This document shows positions 13,237 through 26,300 of a DNA stretch of 64,000 nt, piece after piece (the first letter of the stretch is position 1; every line of letters begins with the position of its first letter). The stretch covers positions 16,988,001-17,052,000 of the forward strand of contig OZ059896.1 in the NCBI GenBank assembly GCA_964057225.1, read 5' to 3'. Both the position numbers and the translations under genes were made by a program. Below the pieces are notes generated by a model. That model saw only the letters and a program-made list of their open reading frames with translations. It was not told the DNA's origin and did no database searches. Source of the stretch: Auanema rhodensis. Its lineage: Eukaryota > Animalia > Nematoda.

Positions 13237-15885
13237 ATGAGTACATTTTCGCAACAACATACCCTTCCATCTTTACCTGTACCTGATCTTAACACAACAT
13301 TGGATCGATATTTACAGTCAGGTACATATTTCTCTAATTTATCTATATCGTTTGTGTTTCAATTTAGCTACTGCTACGGTAACAGATGTACGAGAAATTC
13401 AAAGAATTCAAGAGATTGTTCAAGATTTCCGGATTAATCCATTAACTGATAAGCTGCATAGTTTGCTCAAAGAGCGAGCTGTAAAGCATCGAAATTGGGT
13501 AAGAACGTTTTTGATTTTTAAAACATCCTTTTGAAAATTTTGCATTGAACTTCGTTTTTACAGTTAGAAGAATGGTGGCTCGATTCTTATATGACTATTA
13601 GGGAGCCATTGATCCCATTTTTGAGTTTTGGTGCTAAAGTTGAGCATTTAACACCATTAGCGAATTCTCAACTTCACCGAGCTTCTGACATTATTCATGA
13701 ATGGGTTAAATTCTGGTTATTAATTCGACAGTTAGTTGAACACGCTGAATTAAGTAGTGTACGTTGGTTTTTTAGAGAGAAGATCCCCCCGTTTGTTCGC
13801 CAAGGAGATGTTTGGGATATGTCACAATATCATTTCTTATTTTCAAGTAATCGAACTCCCTCTGTTGAAAAAGATATTATGAACAGGTATTTCAAAACAG
13901 GTTTGAACATAAACATGTTCTTTAATTCATGACATCTTTACTTTTTTTAAGAAAAAGAAGGTAAAAGTCCAACTCACATAGTGATTTTGTATAAAGGACA
14001 AGTTTGGAAACTAAATGTTGTTAAAGAGAATGGAACTCCAAAAACGCCTGATGAATTGTTCCAGGTATTTCATAAAATATTTAATTTTTTAGAAAATATA
14101 TTTTGTGTTTAGGCTGTTAAATATATAAAGAATAATACAGTCGAAGAGAAGCATTCTGTGATATCACTAACATCGTTAAATCGTGATGATTGGGCCGAGG
14201 TAATTTGAAATTATGAACTTTGTTTCATAGATCTTTTGGTCATTTATTTTTTTTTATAATGGAAATAGTGAGAATATAATCTTTTTATAGTATCACCATC
14301 ACCTTTTACGGATTTCTGCAACAAATAAGGAAAATATTCAAATAATCGAAGAGAGTATTTTCTGCTTAGCCTTAATAGATGAAATCGAAAATGATTATAT
14401 CAAAGTAAACCATTGTATTTTTATTATTTTAGTTTTAATTTATTTGGAATTTTAGCTAAATTTTAACTCAATGCTTAACAAAACTACTCATCAATGGGCT
14501 GATAAAAGTGTTTGTTTTGGTATATATGAAGATGGACAAGCCACTATGCTGGTTGAAGTAAACGAATATTTTTTTTTATTTTCATTATATAAACATTAAT
14601 TATTATATACTCTTAAATTAAAAAGTAATTAAGTATAACAAATTTTATGTATTTCAGCACAGTAACGTTGATGCAATTGTAGCTCTTCATGCAGAAACTC
14701 ATTCTAACTCTCATGTTCGAAGAGAATTTTGGCAGCCTAAAGTATGTTTTTAATTAATTTTAATCTTTTCTTTATTTTCTATTATTATTGTTTAATAGTT
14801 TTGAAGTTTTTTTTCAGAAAGTGGCTTTTGAGAAACCTCAAATTCTGAAATTTAATTATGATTCAGATATAGTTAATGGAATAGAGAAGGCTAATAAAGA
14901 ATTTGAAGAAAAGGCATAATTAGAAATATATTTTTAAAACTTTATTTTTGATTTTTCAGAAATTATCTTTAAATTCACATATATATGAATATGATGGGTA
15001 TGGAGCACAAGCTTTGAAGAAAATCGGTCTTTATCCTGATACGGTTGTTCAAATTGCTCTACAATTAGCCTTTGCTAAGCTTCATAAATCGTAATTATAA
15101 AATAATTTAGATTTTATATATAAATTAAAATATTTAAAGTTTTGCTCCAATCTATGAAACAGCATCAACTAGGAAATATTACCATGGAAGAACAGAGACT
15201 GTCAGAGGACGTACTAGAGAATTAGTAGAATTTGGAAATTCTGTATTACAATCCAAACCAGTAGATTATCCGTTTCATTTCTTCAAAATATATTTGCTTG
15301 TTTCAGAAAAAAAACCAGAAACAATTATTTCAAAAAGCCTACAGCAAGCACAATGAGTTGATGAAGCATTCAATGAATGGAGAAGGTAAATTTCCGACAA
15401 GTTATTGTATATTTAAAACTATTGCCAGGTATTGATCGTCATCTTATGGGTTTGAAAGTTATTCAACAAATTCACTATCCTGAGCATCCTATTCATCCAA
15501 TTTTCAAGGATGTATCCTGGAAAGATAATGGAGGAGATGGCAATTTTCTTTTATCGACAAGGTTTCAATAATTCCTTTAAATAATAAAATCAGTAAATGT
15601 GATTGTAGTTTTGTTGGATACACATCAGATAAGCCAATCAGTAAAAGTGGAAACTTCTGTGCTGCAATGTGCCCGAATGGCTATGGTGTATTCTATAGAA
15701 TAGCTGCTAACAAGTATGCTTTTGAAGAAGATTTTAAGTATTTCTTTATTATTTCTTTTTTTTTCAGATTTTACTTTAACATAAGCAATTACAAAAACAC
15801 TCAATCGAATGCAGAAGCTTTTGAGTCATCATTAGCTTGGGCATTAAACACCTTATTTGATTTATTGATGCCTTCATCTCTTTAA
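13237..15885 (+). CDS. Choline/carnitine O-acyltransferase, peroxisomal carnitine O-octanoyltransferase (CROT)-like
   Basis: LPSLPVPDL, NWLEEWWL, WADKS, catalytic EHSNVDA, QIALQLA, YETASTRKYYHGRTETVR, GIDRHLMGL, CROT-type GGDGNFLLST, GYGVFY; ends in -SSL (PTS1-like). Confidence 0.88.
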
Positions 15886-17625
15886 TTGTCAACACTTAAA
15901 AAATATCTGAAAATAAAGTGAATATCGCATTGATTGAACAATAATGTTTTATAGTCGATAATTTTTTAAAATACAAACAATTACATTACACACAGTCTTG
16001 AAATAATAATGGGAATATCTTCGAGCTTATTTCGTAAATGCTTATATACTATTGATTATATATGTTTTGTTAGTTTTAGGAGAAACCTTGATAAAGAAAC
16101 GAACAATCGTTTAAGCACTAAATCATCATTAACTATATACCTTTAGGGAATAGAGGACAATAGTGAAATCTTAATGGCCCACACAACACACTTCTCTGAC
16201 AGATGTAACAACAAATTTCTGTTCTACTAAACCAATACGAAGCTTACTCTATTTTAAATGTTATGTATTAAATACAAAAAAATGCTGTTAGTCATAAGGA
16301 AAACATCTAAATGACGCATGTCATTCAAATATTTTACGTGTTCCTGCTCAAATCTCTTACCATACATTAGTTTACTAAATATTACTAATAATGAAAATAA
16401 TAACAATGTGTTGTCCGAAATGGCCCAGTAACTCAGCTCATTGCTTGCATCTCATACATGTAGCTGACAGATGAAAGCCTTATCCATAGAAGAATAACCA
16501 GCACATGTTGATGTTTGTTTTCCTATGGATTCATATAATAAATGATCAATGTTGTAACTAATAGATGATATTTTCAGATCTAAACATATAGCCTTTAATA
16601 CTAAACAACAGAAATAAAATACAAACTACTTATTATAATATATAAATATAATTAGTTATTGATATATGTATTTATTTGTTTTTTCTGTTAATTGAAAATT
16701 TCATTTCTTGCTCGCGTGTACTTTTACGTGTAAAATAAGCTTTTACGTCAAAGGTCACGTAAGCACATTGTGCATTCAGAGCGTTTGGCAATCCCAAACT
16801 GAAAATCTGAAAATTCAAAGCATAAAATATGTTTTTTCCCAAAAAAAAAAATAAAATAATTAGGTTAAGAGAAACATATATTAGTGTGAGAAGTAAACAA
16901 GCGCCTCAGCTGTTTTTTTTCCAAAAAAATAAAAAACTCTTTTGTATTTTCTTTCTTTATTCTTATATGTATATGCTTATGAAATATTGTTTATATAATA
17001 ATAAAGCTGAAAAATATTCATGTACATATAAGTATTTACAACAAACACATCAATACATAGCTTATATTTATAATTTCATGGATAATTTAACATTATATTG
17101 TGAGTACATGAGAAGGCTGCCTTCCTTTTTCCAATACACCAATACTTACATCTTAAAATTGCATATATGGTTTGAGATTGCTTATAAACATTAAGTGTCG
17201 CTGTTTTCTTTCTATAAAAAGAAGAAATAAGCCTAAGCTCTTTTGTTCAGCTCAATAGCTATTGCATGGTAGTAAAAATAAATAAAAATTATTTTTTTGC
17301 TGTTGTTAGGTGAGGTCATTCTTCACTGTCTGATATCAATTTATCATTTTCACTCGATTTTTACACCTACGATTGCAAAGAAACTCAATATGCTCTCATT
17401 TATAACAATGATTGTATTTTTCAAGTTTTCCAAGTTGCTTATCTTAGCAAAGTATAGCGTTCACTCGTTTTTTTATTTTTTTTTCGACTGGACACAATGT
17501 TTCTTTATGTAGTTTTTCAAGCTGGAAAAAAACATTTATCAGCCTTATGTTGTTTGTTTGTTAACTTAGTAAAAGAAGTTCAAATATGTGATATCTAAGT
17601 TACTCTGTCTCTCCTACTCTCTGTT

Positions 17626-17648
17626 GCTCTCTCTCTCTCTCTCTCTCT
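17626..17648. repeat. (CT)n microsatellite
   Basis: Direct inspection. Confidence 0.9.
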
Positions 17649-18159
17649 TTGGGAGTCATTCTCTTTTTTCAATACTAAAAGAAGAAAACGAAGTAGAAGA
17701 ATAGAAAGAAAAAGGAATTGAAATTGAGGAAGAGGGTACCAGAATGAAAGAGAAAACTTAGTGAGGGTCAGAGGGCATTACGAAGGGTCAGAGAGAGCTA
17801 AAAAGAAAGACAGAAATGAGCAACAAGAGAATATCATTATGTAGGAGAGAATGTGAGAAAAAGAAAACGAAACTTACAAAAAGAGAAAGAGAGATACACC
17901 GAGAGAGAGGGAAAGAGAGAAAGAGAGAGAGAGAGAGAGAGATTGCTTGACTATTGTCTTATTTTTGCTCTCGTCTGTCTATTCCCTATTCATCATTCAC
18001 AGATTTTCAAAGAGCCTGCAAATCAGATTTTGTGTGTTTCTTCTTTCAAGTACCAAACTTATGCCATCATGTTGCTACATTTACACCATATATAGAGATA
18101 GTTAGAGCGATAGGGAGAAGTACCCAGAAAAAGAGAGAAGGAGAGGAAGAAAGAAAGAA

Positions 18160-18170
18160 GGAGAGAGAGG

Positions 18171-18226
<56 letters not shown>

Positions 18227-18248
18227 AAGAAAGAGAAAGAGAGAGAGA
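18160..18248. repeat. (GA)n microsatellite / purine tract (related tract at about 17900-17942)
   Basis: Long GAGAGA run; explains the ERERER and SLSLSL pseudo-ORFs. Confidence 0.95.
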
Positions 18249-19975
18249 CCTACGACTTCGAAGATCATGATTATTATGATATCACTCAGTCTTTTTTTCA
18301 AACCAAACACGCCTTTATTTTTTTGCAAACTATTAAATATAACTTATATTTTGTTTATATCATTACTTTATGTTCATCAATTCATTGGACTTTCGAAGTA
18401 GATCATCTGAATAAATTCTAAAGAGTTGGTTGTCATCATCTATCCATACCTGTTATTTCTACTAAATGCCTACATAATCCAATCCAAATATGACTATTAC
18501 TCTCCTGGACAGAAGGAAAAAAACGTAAAATAAATCTTTTATTGTCAGATCTTCACGCACAATAGCGTCAAGGGAAAATAAATCCAAACTTTTCTGTTTC
18601 GGCTCAAACTCTGATAGCTAGAAGTTGGGCTTTACATCTGAAGCCCGTTGTTCATATCATCAGTCATTTTAAATCCCAAGATGCTCATGATTTATGCGAT
18701 TAAAGTCACTTTCTCTTTTTTTCCATAACAAGAACAGAAAAATCTTTTAGTAATATGAACCTTCAGATATAACTATGCTTTTAATATTATTTTTTTCTCA
18801 TTTTAGTATTCCGTCAACGAATTTTAAATTTTTTTCCACAACAATGTTTTATATTATGATTTTCTTTTGTTTTTTTCTTCTTTTTCTTTTTTTTTTCGTT
18901 CGTTCAGCTTTCTATATCGTCTCCAGAATTTAGGAAGAGTAAAAAGAATAAAAATAGAGTTGTTCTTCATGCTGTTGTTGAATTTGCTTTGTGTGTTTCC
19001 GGTTGACTTACTGGATATTTCAACAGAACCTTCACCAATCACAGATTAAATATGAAATTTTTGTGACAGATCTTCACTTTTCATTCTTTGAATAGCATGA
19101 TAGTTATCTTATCGTACTTGATGTGTAGAAACATCAAGCTTTGTATCATTTTCACATAACTAGTTCATCGTTTTGCTGAAATGCTCTAGCCTGGCAACAG
19201 AGGATAGGTTTAGTTTTCCATTCTATCTCTTTTTATTGTTTCTCTTTCTCTTTTTTTCCCTTTCTCTTTATTTTTGTCTTTTTCCTCTATATAAGTATAC
19301 TTCTTGACGTTATACATACATATACCTCACTTATTTTCTTCTTTATTTTGTTCTCTCACCTCCTTATCTGTTGCTATGAAACTTCTCTTCTATAGCCCAC
19401 CAAAGTGCATTTTCCTTTGAATTTATAACTTCCTATAGCCTGAACTTGTCAAAACGTATATATATTTAACAATTATTTCCCGTTTATTTTATAAGTTAAA
19501 AAGAATTTAATCATAATAAGCGCATTCACAACTACAAAGTTCGAACGTCATGTAATTGCTTCGTTTAAACCCTTTTCAAAGATTTTTCAGCCAATCTGAT
19601 TTGATTTATTTCTATTTAACTGTAATGCTAAACCTGAAAACTTGAGCAAGATTATACAAAAATTTATATCTGTTTGACGCACTTGATTAAGCCAATTTCT
19701 TGTTTTTTTTTATATATTTTTAAATAGATAACGTAGTTTTCGTTTGTAAATGTTTGAAAAGCATGAAACTACTCCTCCTCTTCGTCGTATATTCTGTTTA
19801 GCTTTTCAAAACTTTAGAAATTTTTTAGAAATATGATGATGAATAACTTCTTCTTTTTTCTCTTTTTTGAATTGAATATATTAAGTTCTTTAACTCATTT
19901 ACAAAGTGTCAGACAGAGGAAACTGAGCGAGAAAAGAGATGGCAAATGATCATGAAAAGCTTTTTATCTTCATCA

Positions 19976-19979
<4 letters not shown>

Positions 19980-20029
<50 letters not shown>

Positions 20030-20030
20030 T
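19980..20030. repeat. (TC)n microsatellite
   Basis: Direct inspection. Confidence 0.95.
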
Positions 20031-20795
20031 TTCTATTCGAATAAAATGCTTAAAATGAAGTCTTTTCCTCAAATTTTCCTTGATTTATGCGCATTTCGAC
20101 GGCTTTTTCGAATATAATAACTTCTCCTGTCTATGTATGCATGTACATGTGAGTGTATGTGTGGGTCTAAGTATGTGTGTGTATGTCGAGGTCCTCAATT
20201 CACTCTCGGGTTCCTTTGACCACTTTTGCCCATCAAGTAAAGCTCATCTTATCCGAAAATATGAATTTTTCTGATTATCTTCTATTCATTTTTGAAGTTC
20301 ATGCTTTCTATCGCCCTTGCCGCCTAAACAATATTTTTTCAAAACTCTTTTGATTCAGGACTTCCTTAGACTGCTCCTGTTCAGATGCACTCCTTCTCTC
20401 TCTTTCCTTATGCTTCACGATTCCAATAAGACGAATTTTGCTCAATCTCTTACTTTCTGTTTCCTCACAAAACTGAGCAAAAATCAGTTCATCACCTTTG
20501 TCTTATAATTTGATATTTTTTTTGCCCTGATTCTTCAACGGAATTAGCTTAGAAGAAGAGTTGAAATTGAACCTTTTCATTCATATTTACATACTTCTAA
20601 CAATCCTTCCTTTTGATCATTAAACAAACGTTTTGACTTTTTATATTCTTCATCTTTAATCCGTACTTTCCATCTTCGATGATTGAATGTTGGCTTAATA
20701 TTTTCTAAAAAAAGTCATTTATCTCTCTCGTTATAATATATATTTTTCAGCTTTTCAATGAGATTACTATATGCAATTCAAAGGAATAGTTTCAT

Positions 20796-22787
20796 ATGAT
20801 GAAGCTTTTCTTTCTTTCTATTTTCATCTGTTCCTGGACATTGTGCAAATCACGAGAAACATGTCATTCACGTAACTTTCATCATGTTTTGAAACAAGAA
20901 TCAGATGATTATCTGATATACGGGTTAACTCAGGTTAGTTCTCATGCTTTTCATATTTGCCCATATTTCACTGTTATTCTCCTCTTCCTTGAAAAAATAT
21001 TAAAAATTTGGTTCAATTTCAATGTATTTATAGGATTGTCAAATTGTTTTCCTTCGACCGTCCCAAATTGCTTTATTATCAACATTAAATGTGAATATAT
21101 ATAATTCTTATTGTCACCCAAATTTAGTTCAGATGCATTTACAGGTGAATTTTTATTAAAAAAAATTTTTTTCCAGTATATTATCTTTCCTTATTATCAA
21201 TTTTATATTAATTTAGTCAGGGGATACCCTTCTTTTGGTGACAAAACAAGCTGGAAATCGCATTTGTACATTGAATGTTACAATTCCACCATTTGATTTG
21301 TTATTTGGAGATCATCTATTTAGGTTTTTTTTCTACAAATTATGCAAAAAAATTATTTTTTCAATTCAATTTTAGCTATTCTATATTCAATTCCTTATCA
21401 TATGCTGTATGCTCTCATTCGCCGCCAAATTCCTATCAACTCGAAGCTGATCTATCATTTCTGGATACAATATACAATGTAAAATATTGTTTATTTTCCT
21501 TTTTTTTAAAATAATTTATTTAATACTTAAATCTATAATTATGCAAGTTTTCAGAATGTTATATACTTCATTAATGGCCATTCAGAAGGTAGTGATTGGA
21601 ACGTTCTGCAATTTTTCATAAATAGTGAAGGATATCTACGTTATTTAGATAAGATTCCAATCGAAAATCATGCAAAACGTAAGAAATTAGAAATTCTATA
21701 CTATATACTCATACTTATACTTGTATTTCAGGAGAATGGACGGGACCTGATATTGCTAATGAATATGTAGTTGGATTAGATACTCAACGAAATTTTTTGT
21801 TCAAACGCAATCGTTTTCAGCCAACTTTTGATTATGAATGTGCTTATGATCTTCTGTTTCGGTTGAAATTTTTTGATTCATTGATATGTTTCATATTCTT
21901 TCAGACCAACGTTTGTTACAACACAATATGGCAATGATAGTGCTCACAAAGCAGGAACATGGCTCAATTCAATTGCCGCTGATAACAACATTCTACTTTA
22001 TCCTGAGACTGATCGAACGGTAAGTTTATTAGTAAATTATGTTTAAGAGAAAAACTTTATTTATAGTTTGAGTTTGGCTCAAACTTGGAGAAACTTAAGA
22101 ATTTCTAATTTAGGTATCACCTCCCGTAACATACATACGTTCAAAGAATGTGAGTAGCATCAATGATACATCTTCATATTGCTTAACAACTATTGGATAT
22201 AGTATGGATATGGGAATTGTCCGTGAAAGTACTTTACTTAAGATTCAAAAGAATCCATTACCTCTATTTGGTATGTTTTCAGATTGTTTTGAATTGAACA
22301 AAAAGCAATTTTAGATACTAATGGAAAGATGAAGAAGCCATCAAGTATCTCTTCTATGACAACTCATCGACATCGTAAAACGACGCTCAAAGCTGTTGCT
22401 CCTGAAGTGACTACAATCAACTCTGTTATGACTTCTGTATCTGGTATCAAGATTGAAGAGGAAGACGATATCTCTAACGAAGACGAGTACAATGATACTC
22501 CAGGCGGTGTAAACGATGATCAGGAACATTCTGACCTAGACAACGACGCTGCTAGCACATCTAAGCAAAAAGTAGTTGAATTGCCGATCGAGAGTCATCA
22601 TGATTCCAGCAAAGGAATGACGGTGTCTTCCGGAGCAGAGACGTCTGATGATCGACAGACTTCAGACAACCTGCAGCATAACTCCCAATCTGCTCACATG
22701 AACAAAACATCAGAAAATTCGTCTGTAAACCTTCAATCAACCATGCTCTCATTGTCACTACTATACGTATTATTAGTTATATTCTGA
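20796..22787 (+). CDS. Uncharacterised secreted, probably GPI-anchored, nematode protein
   Basis: Signal peptide MMKLFFLSIFICSWTLCKS; about 9 exons with GT-AG ends (first five checked in frame) encoding a Cys-containing domain; last exon is a S/T/D/E-rich stalk ending in hydrophobic STMLSLSLLYVLLVIF-stop; AATAAA overlaps the stop. Confidence 0.75.
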
Positions 22788-23213
22788 ATAAAATATTTGT
22801 TTCTTAAAAATTTAAATTGTTTTCTAATTTCGAAGAATATTCTAAATCTCAGGTCTTTTGTAGAAGGAAGTTTTATTAGTGACCTTATAGAGCTTTACCC
22901 CTTCTTGCAGTCAAGTTCCTCAAATTGGTCAGTCATCCATCTCATTCTCACGCTGACTGTCAAACTTGAAGCACATGTTAATATGGCTTTAACAAATTTT
23001 TATCCGACAAATTATTGAGCTTTACATTAAATTAAATAGATTTGTACTATAAACGATTACGAATTAGCTAAATTTAAAAGATTAATTTTCAATTTTATAG
23101 TTTTTCTCTAATGACAAAGACAATTGTCGACCCATCCAATTATAAACGAAATTCATGTATTAACCCAAAGAGATGAAAGTATATTCGAAGATATGTTCGC
23201 CTATATGAAGGAG

Positions 23214-23325
23214 TTAGAGAGAGAGATAGAGAGAGATATTGAGAGAGATGGAGAAAGATTGAGAGAGATAGAGAGAGGGATTTAGAGAGAGAGTGAAAGA
23301 GAAAAAGAGAGGAAGTAAGAGAGAA
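23214..23325. repeat. Degenerate (GA)n purine tract
   Basis: Interrupted GAGAGA repeats. Confidence 0.85.
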
Positions 23326-26300
23326 TAAGATTTTTGAGTTCAAAGAATGCAGATGCATTTTCAACCTTCTAGTAATGTTTCTTGTTTTGCTTTCTTTTCT
23401 TTTTCCATAAACTAAAAACCTAATTTTTCCTAATTTTTATTATTTGTTCCAACTTATTTTCTGCTCGTTTGTCAGCAAAAAAAAACTTTTTTTTTCTCGT
23501 TGAGATGATTCAGTAATGTTTCTGCTACACATCTTCTGTACTTAACATTTACTTGAGTGTGATTCTTATTGTTCGAAACTCACAAGATACCAGAGACCTG
23601 ACCAATGAGGAGAAGTTTGAGTAGTGCAAGCTTATGTAAATCTCTTCCAGTTTCGTTCACTAAAGCATTTAAGTGCATTATTTTTTAAAAAGAAGAGTGA
23701 AAGAGAAGAGAAAAAACCTTCAGAAGGACTTTGACTTCAAGTTTCTAAATACTCAGTCTTATTCTACTTGGCTGGCCTAGCATCACCAACACATCACTAG
23801 CACCCCAACCACCAACACCCATATACATATGACTCATCCACAATACACTTAGGACTTTTCAAATCAAAACTATACTATTTTTTCTATTTTTTTAGAAATT
23901 TTTTTCCAATTTTCTAACCAATAAGTATAGATTTAAAATCTCATTTGACTAGAGAAGATGTATGAATCTGACTCAATTTGCCTATAATATCACAAAAAGA
24001 AACCGGAAGAAGAAGAGAATGAGGAAGAAAAGAATAGCTTAAGCTTGTTTAATTTTATTTATATTCTTCCTACTATTATTCTTACAAATAGCTCAAACAT
24101 TAAGTATATTAGGTCATTTTCTATTTGCTCAACCCATTCTCTGATCTTCATTGTCTTTTTTTTTGCTTTCAGTTTCCTTTTTCAGTTTTTTTTGAATCAG
24201 GCAGCAAAACCCTGCCCCCACCACCATGATCTCTTCCTTTCCGAAAATGAAAGAAATTCATTGGGCTGCTTTTAGAGTACCGATATGGATATCGTTTCAG
24301 TCAAGCAGTTTTTATGAGAAAAAGAAGCGGAAAATTTCCCGAAATCTCAACCAATCTTACTCATTTTACTCTGTCTTGAGCATCGGTATAACCCCATAAC
24401 ATTCATCTTGCTGCAGGCATCTATATCTAGCTTCGTAGCAGCTATATGCTATTCCTGTGTTTGTGAGCCAGCACATTTGTGGTTCAAGATCTTTTTAGAA
24501 ATTTTAAGTGAATTAGCAGATATTGTTCTTAAAAAGTTTTTTTTCTTCACATTTTCTTCTATTTTTCGTTTACTTTGCTGGATGCTGCTAGCTGTTCGCT
24601 GTCCTATATGCATTCATGTAAACATAACATTTCGGGCTTTCACAAAGCTGTTCAAAAAGGTGTACTCATGTTGTTCCTTTGGTATGATACAGATAAGCTT
24701 TAGCTGTCTTTTGTTTTCTACGATGACGAAAATTGAATAAATTGTCAGAATTTCTTCTATGATAATACATAGATTGTTGCAGATATTTTAAAAAAAGCTC
24801 AAATTTCCTCTGAAGCGTTAGGTAATATTCTAGAATGTAGAAGATAAGAAAGAAATGAACTAGAATTGATTTCAGTTGAGCAACATTCTTATATCATAAA
24901 AGAGTTGCAGATGCAGCAATGTTTCTGAAACAAGTAGCTGTTTTGATTAAAAAAAAGACAAAAAAAGAATGAAAGAAGAATTATCAACCGTTCATTTTGA
25001 TCATTTTCTGCAAAAATGATTTTTTTGTATTTGACGTAACTGTTCTTCACGTAATTTTTTGATATAATGATTGTTGAATGTTGACTAATATCGAGATTGC
25101 TCAAAGCTGAAGAACGAGAGAAAGAATAAAAGAAAAATAAAGAATAACAAAAGTGAAATACAATAGAAATGTCTAGAAGTTACGTAAGGAGAGAGAGGAA
25201 TGGAGGGAGAAAGAAATAGACGAATTTGTGAATAGAGTATCTGAAAGCAGTTAGACGAAGAGAGATAGAAGATATAGAAATTGACAAAACCGACATCTTG
25301 TGCTCTGTACCTCGCTAGTAAATTTCTTTGACTTCTCCTTATCTCAACATCCATTCTAAGCTTTCATTTTCAATTTTTCTCTCTTTTCTCGGAGTAGATA
25401 GTAGTGACTCATAACATTTTCAGTTATTTTATCGTTTTTTCTATTCTTTTTGTTTAAATTTAATACTTTCTTATGTATATATTACAAAAATGGGATAAAA
25501 ATGGTGAAAGATTAAAGTGCTGAGATGCATTTCAAATTAAATCCCAAATTCAAAGAAATTTGATATGTCATACTCGTTGTTGCCTCTTAACTTTCTTGCT
25601 CTTATTTGAAAATCTGATACTGTGAAATAAGAAATAGTACTTCTCGTAACAGATCCTCGTCTTCCATTAGCATATAATCTAACAAGCATAGTTATTTCAA
25701 ATTTTTCAAAATGTTTTTAAAGTAAACTCTTCTATTCATCTAAGCATATATTGCTTTACTAAAGAAAATATAAACAAATGTATATGCTATAAATCATATA
25801 CATACATACACTTACTAACTTATTTTACATTTTAATTCATATATTTTATATATTTTAGTTTAATTTTAGAATTTAAAATACAAATTAAGTTAAAGTTCGT
25901 ACAAAGCAAGTATATGGATCATAGTCTTGTGATTTGGCTTTTTCTTCCTATTTTAAATCATCTCTGATCATATTCCAACAGTTTAAAACGATTAAAAACG
26001 TTTTATTCAATCTAAAGTCTAATTTCGGTTGAAGAAATCGTTTTTAAATACATTTGGCATCAGATCATCTAAGATTAATCATATTAGCTCTTTCATATAT
26101 CGTTTTAAAATCATCAATAATGAAATGCTTCCAATTGTAATTAAACTATATAATTTGTTTTTTATAATTTATATTTCTTTCAAATTTCATTTTTTTGTAA
26201 TTATAAATGGAAGTAGCATATGATTTAGACCGCCTTGTCTTTCAAGAAGTCATCCAATAAAAACCATAAAAAGACGCCTTGTGATGCGTTTTAAATTTTT

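Noticed and set aside
17853-18421. ORFs with ERERER or SLSLSL runs (also 23140-23364, 37080-37289, 38690-39012)
   Set aside because: Translations of GA/CT microsatellites.
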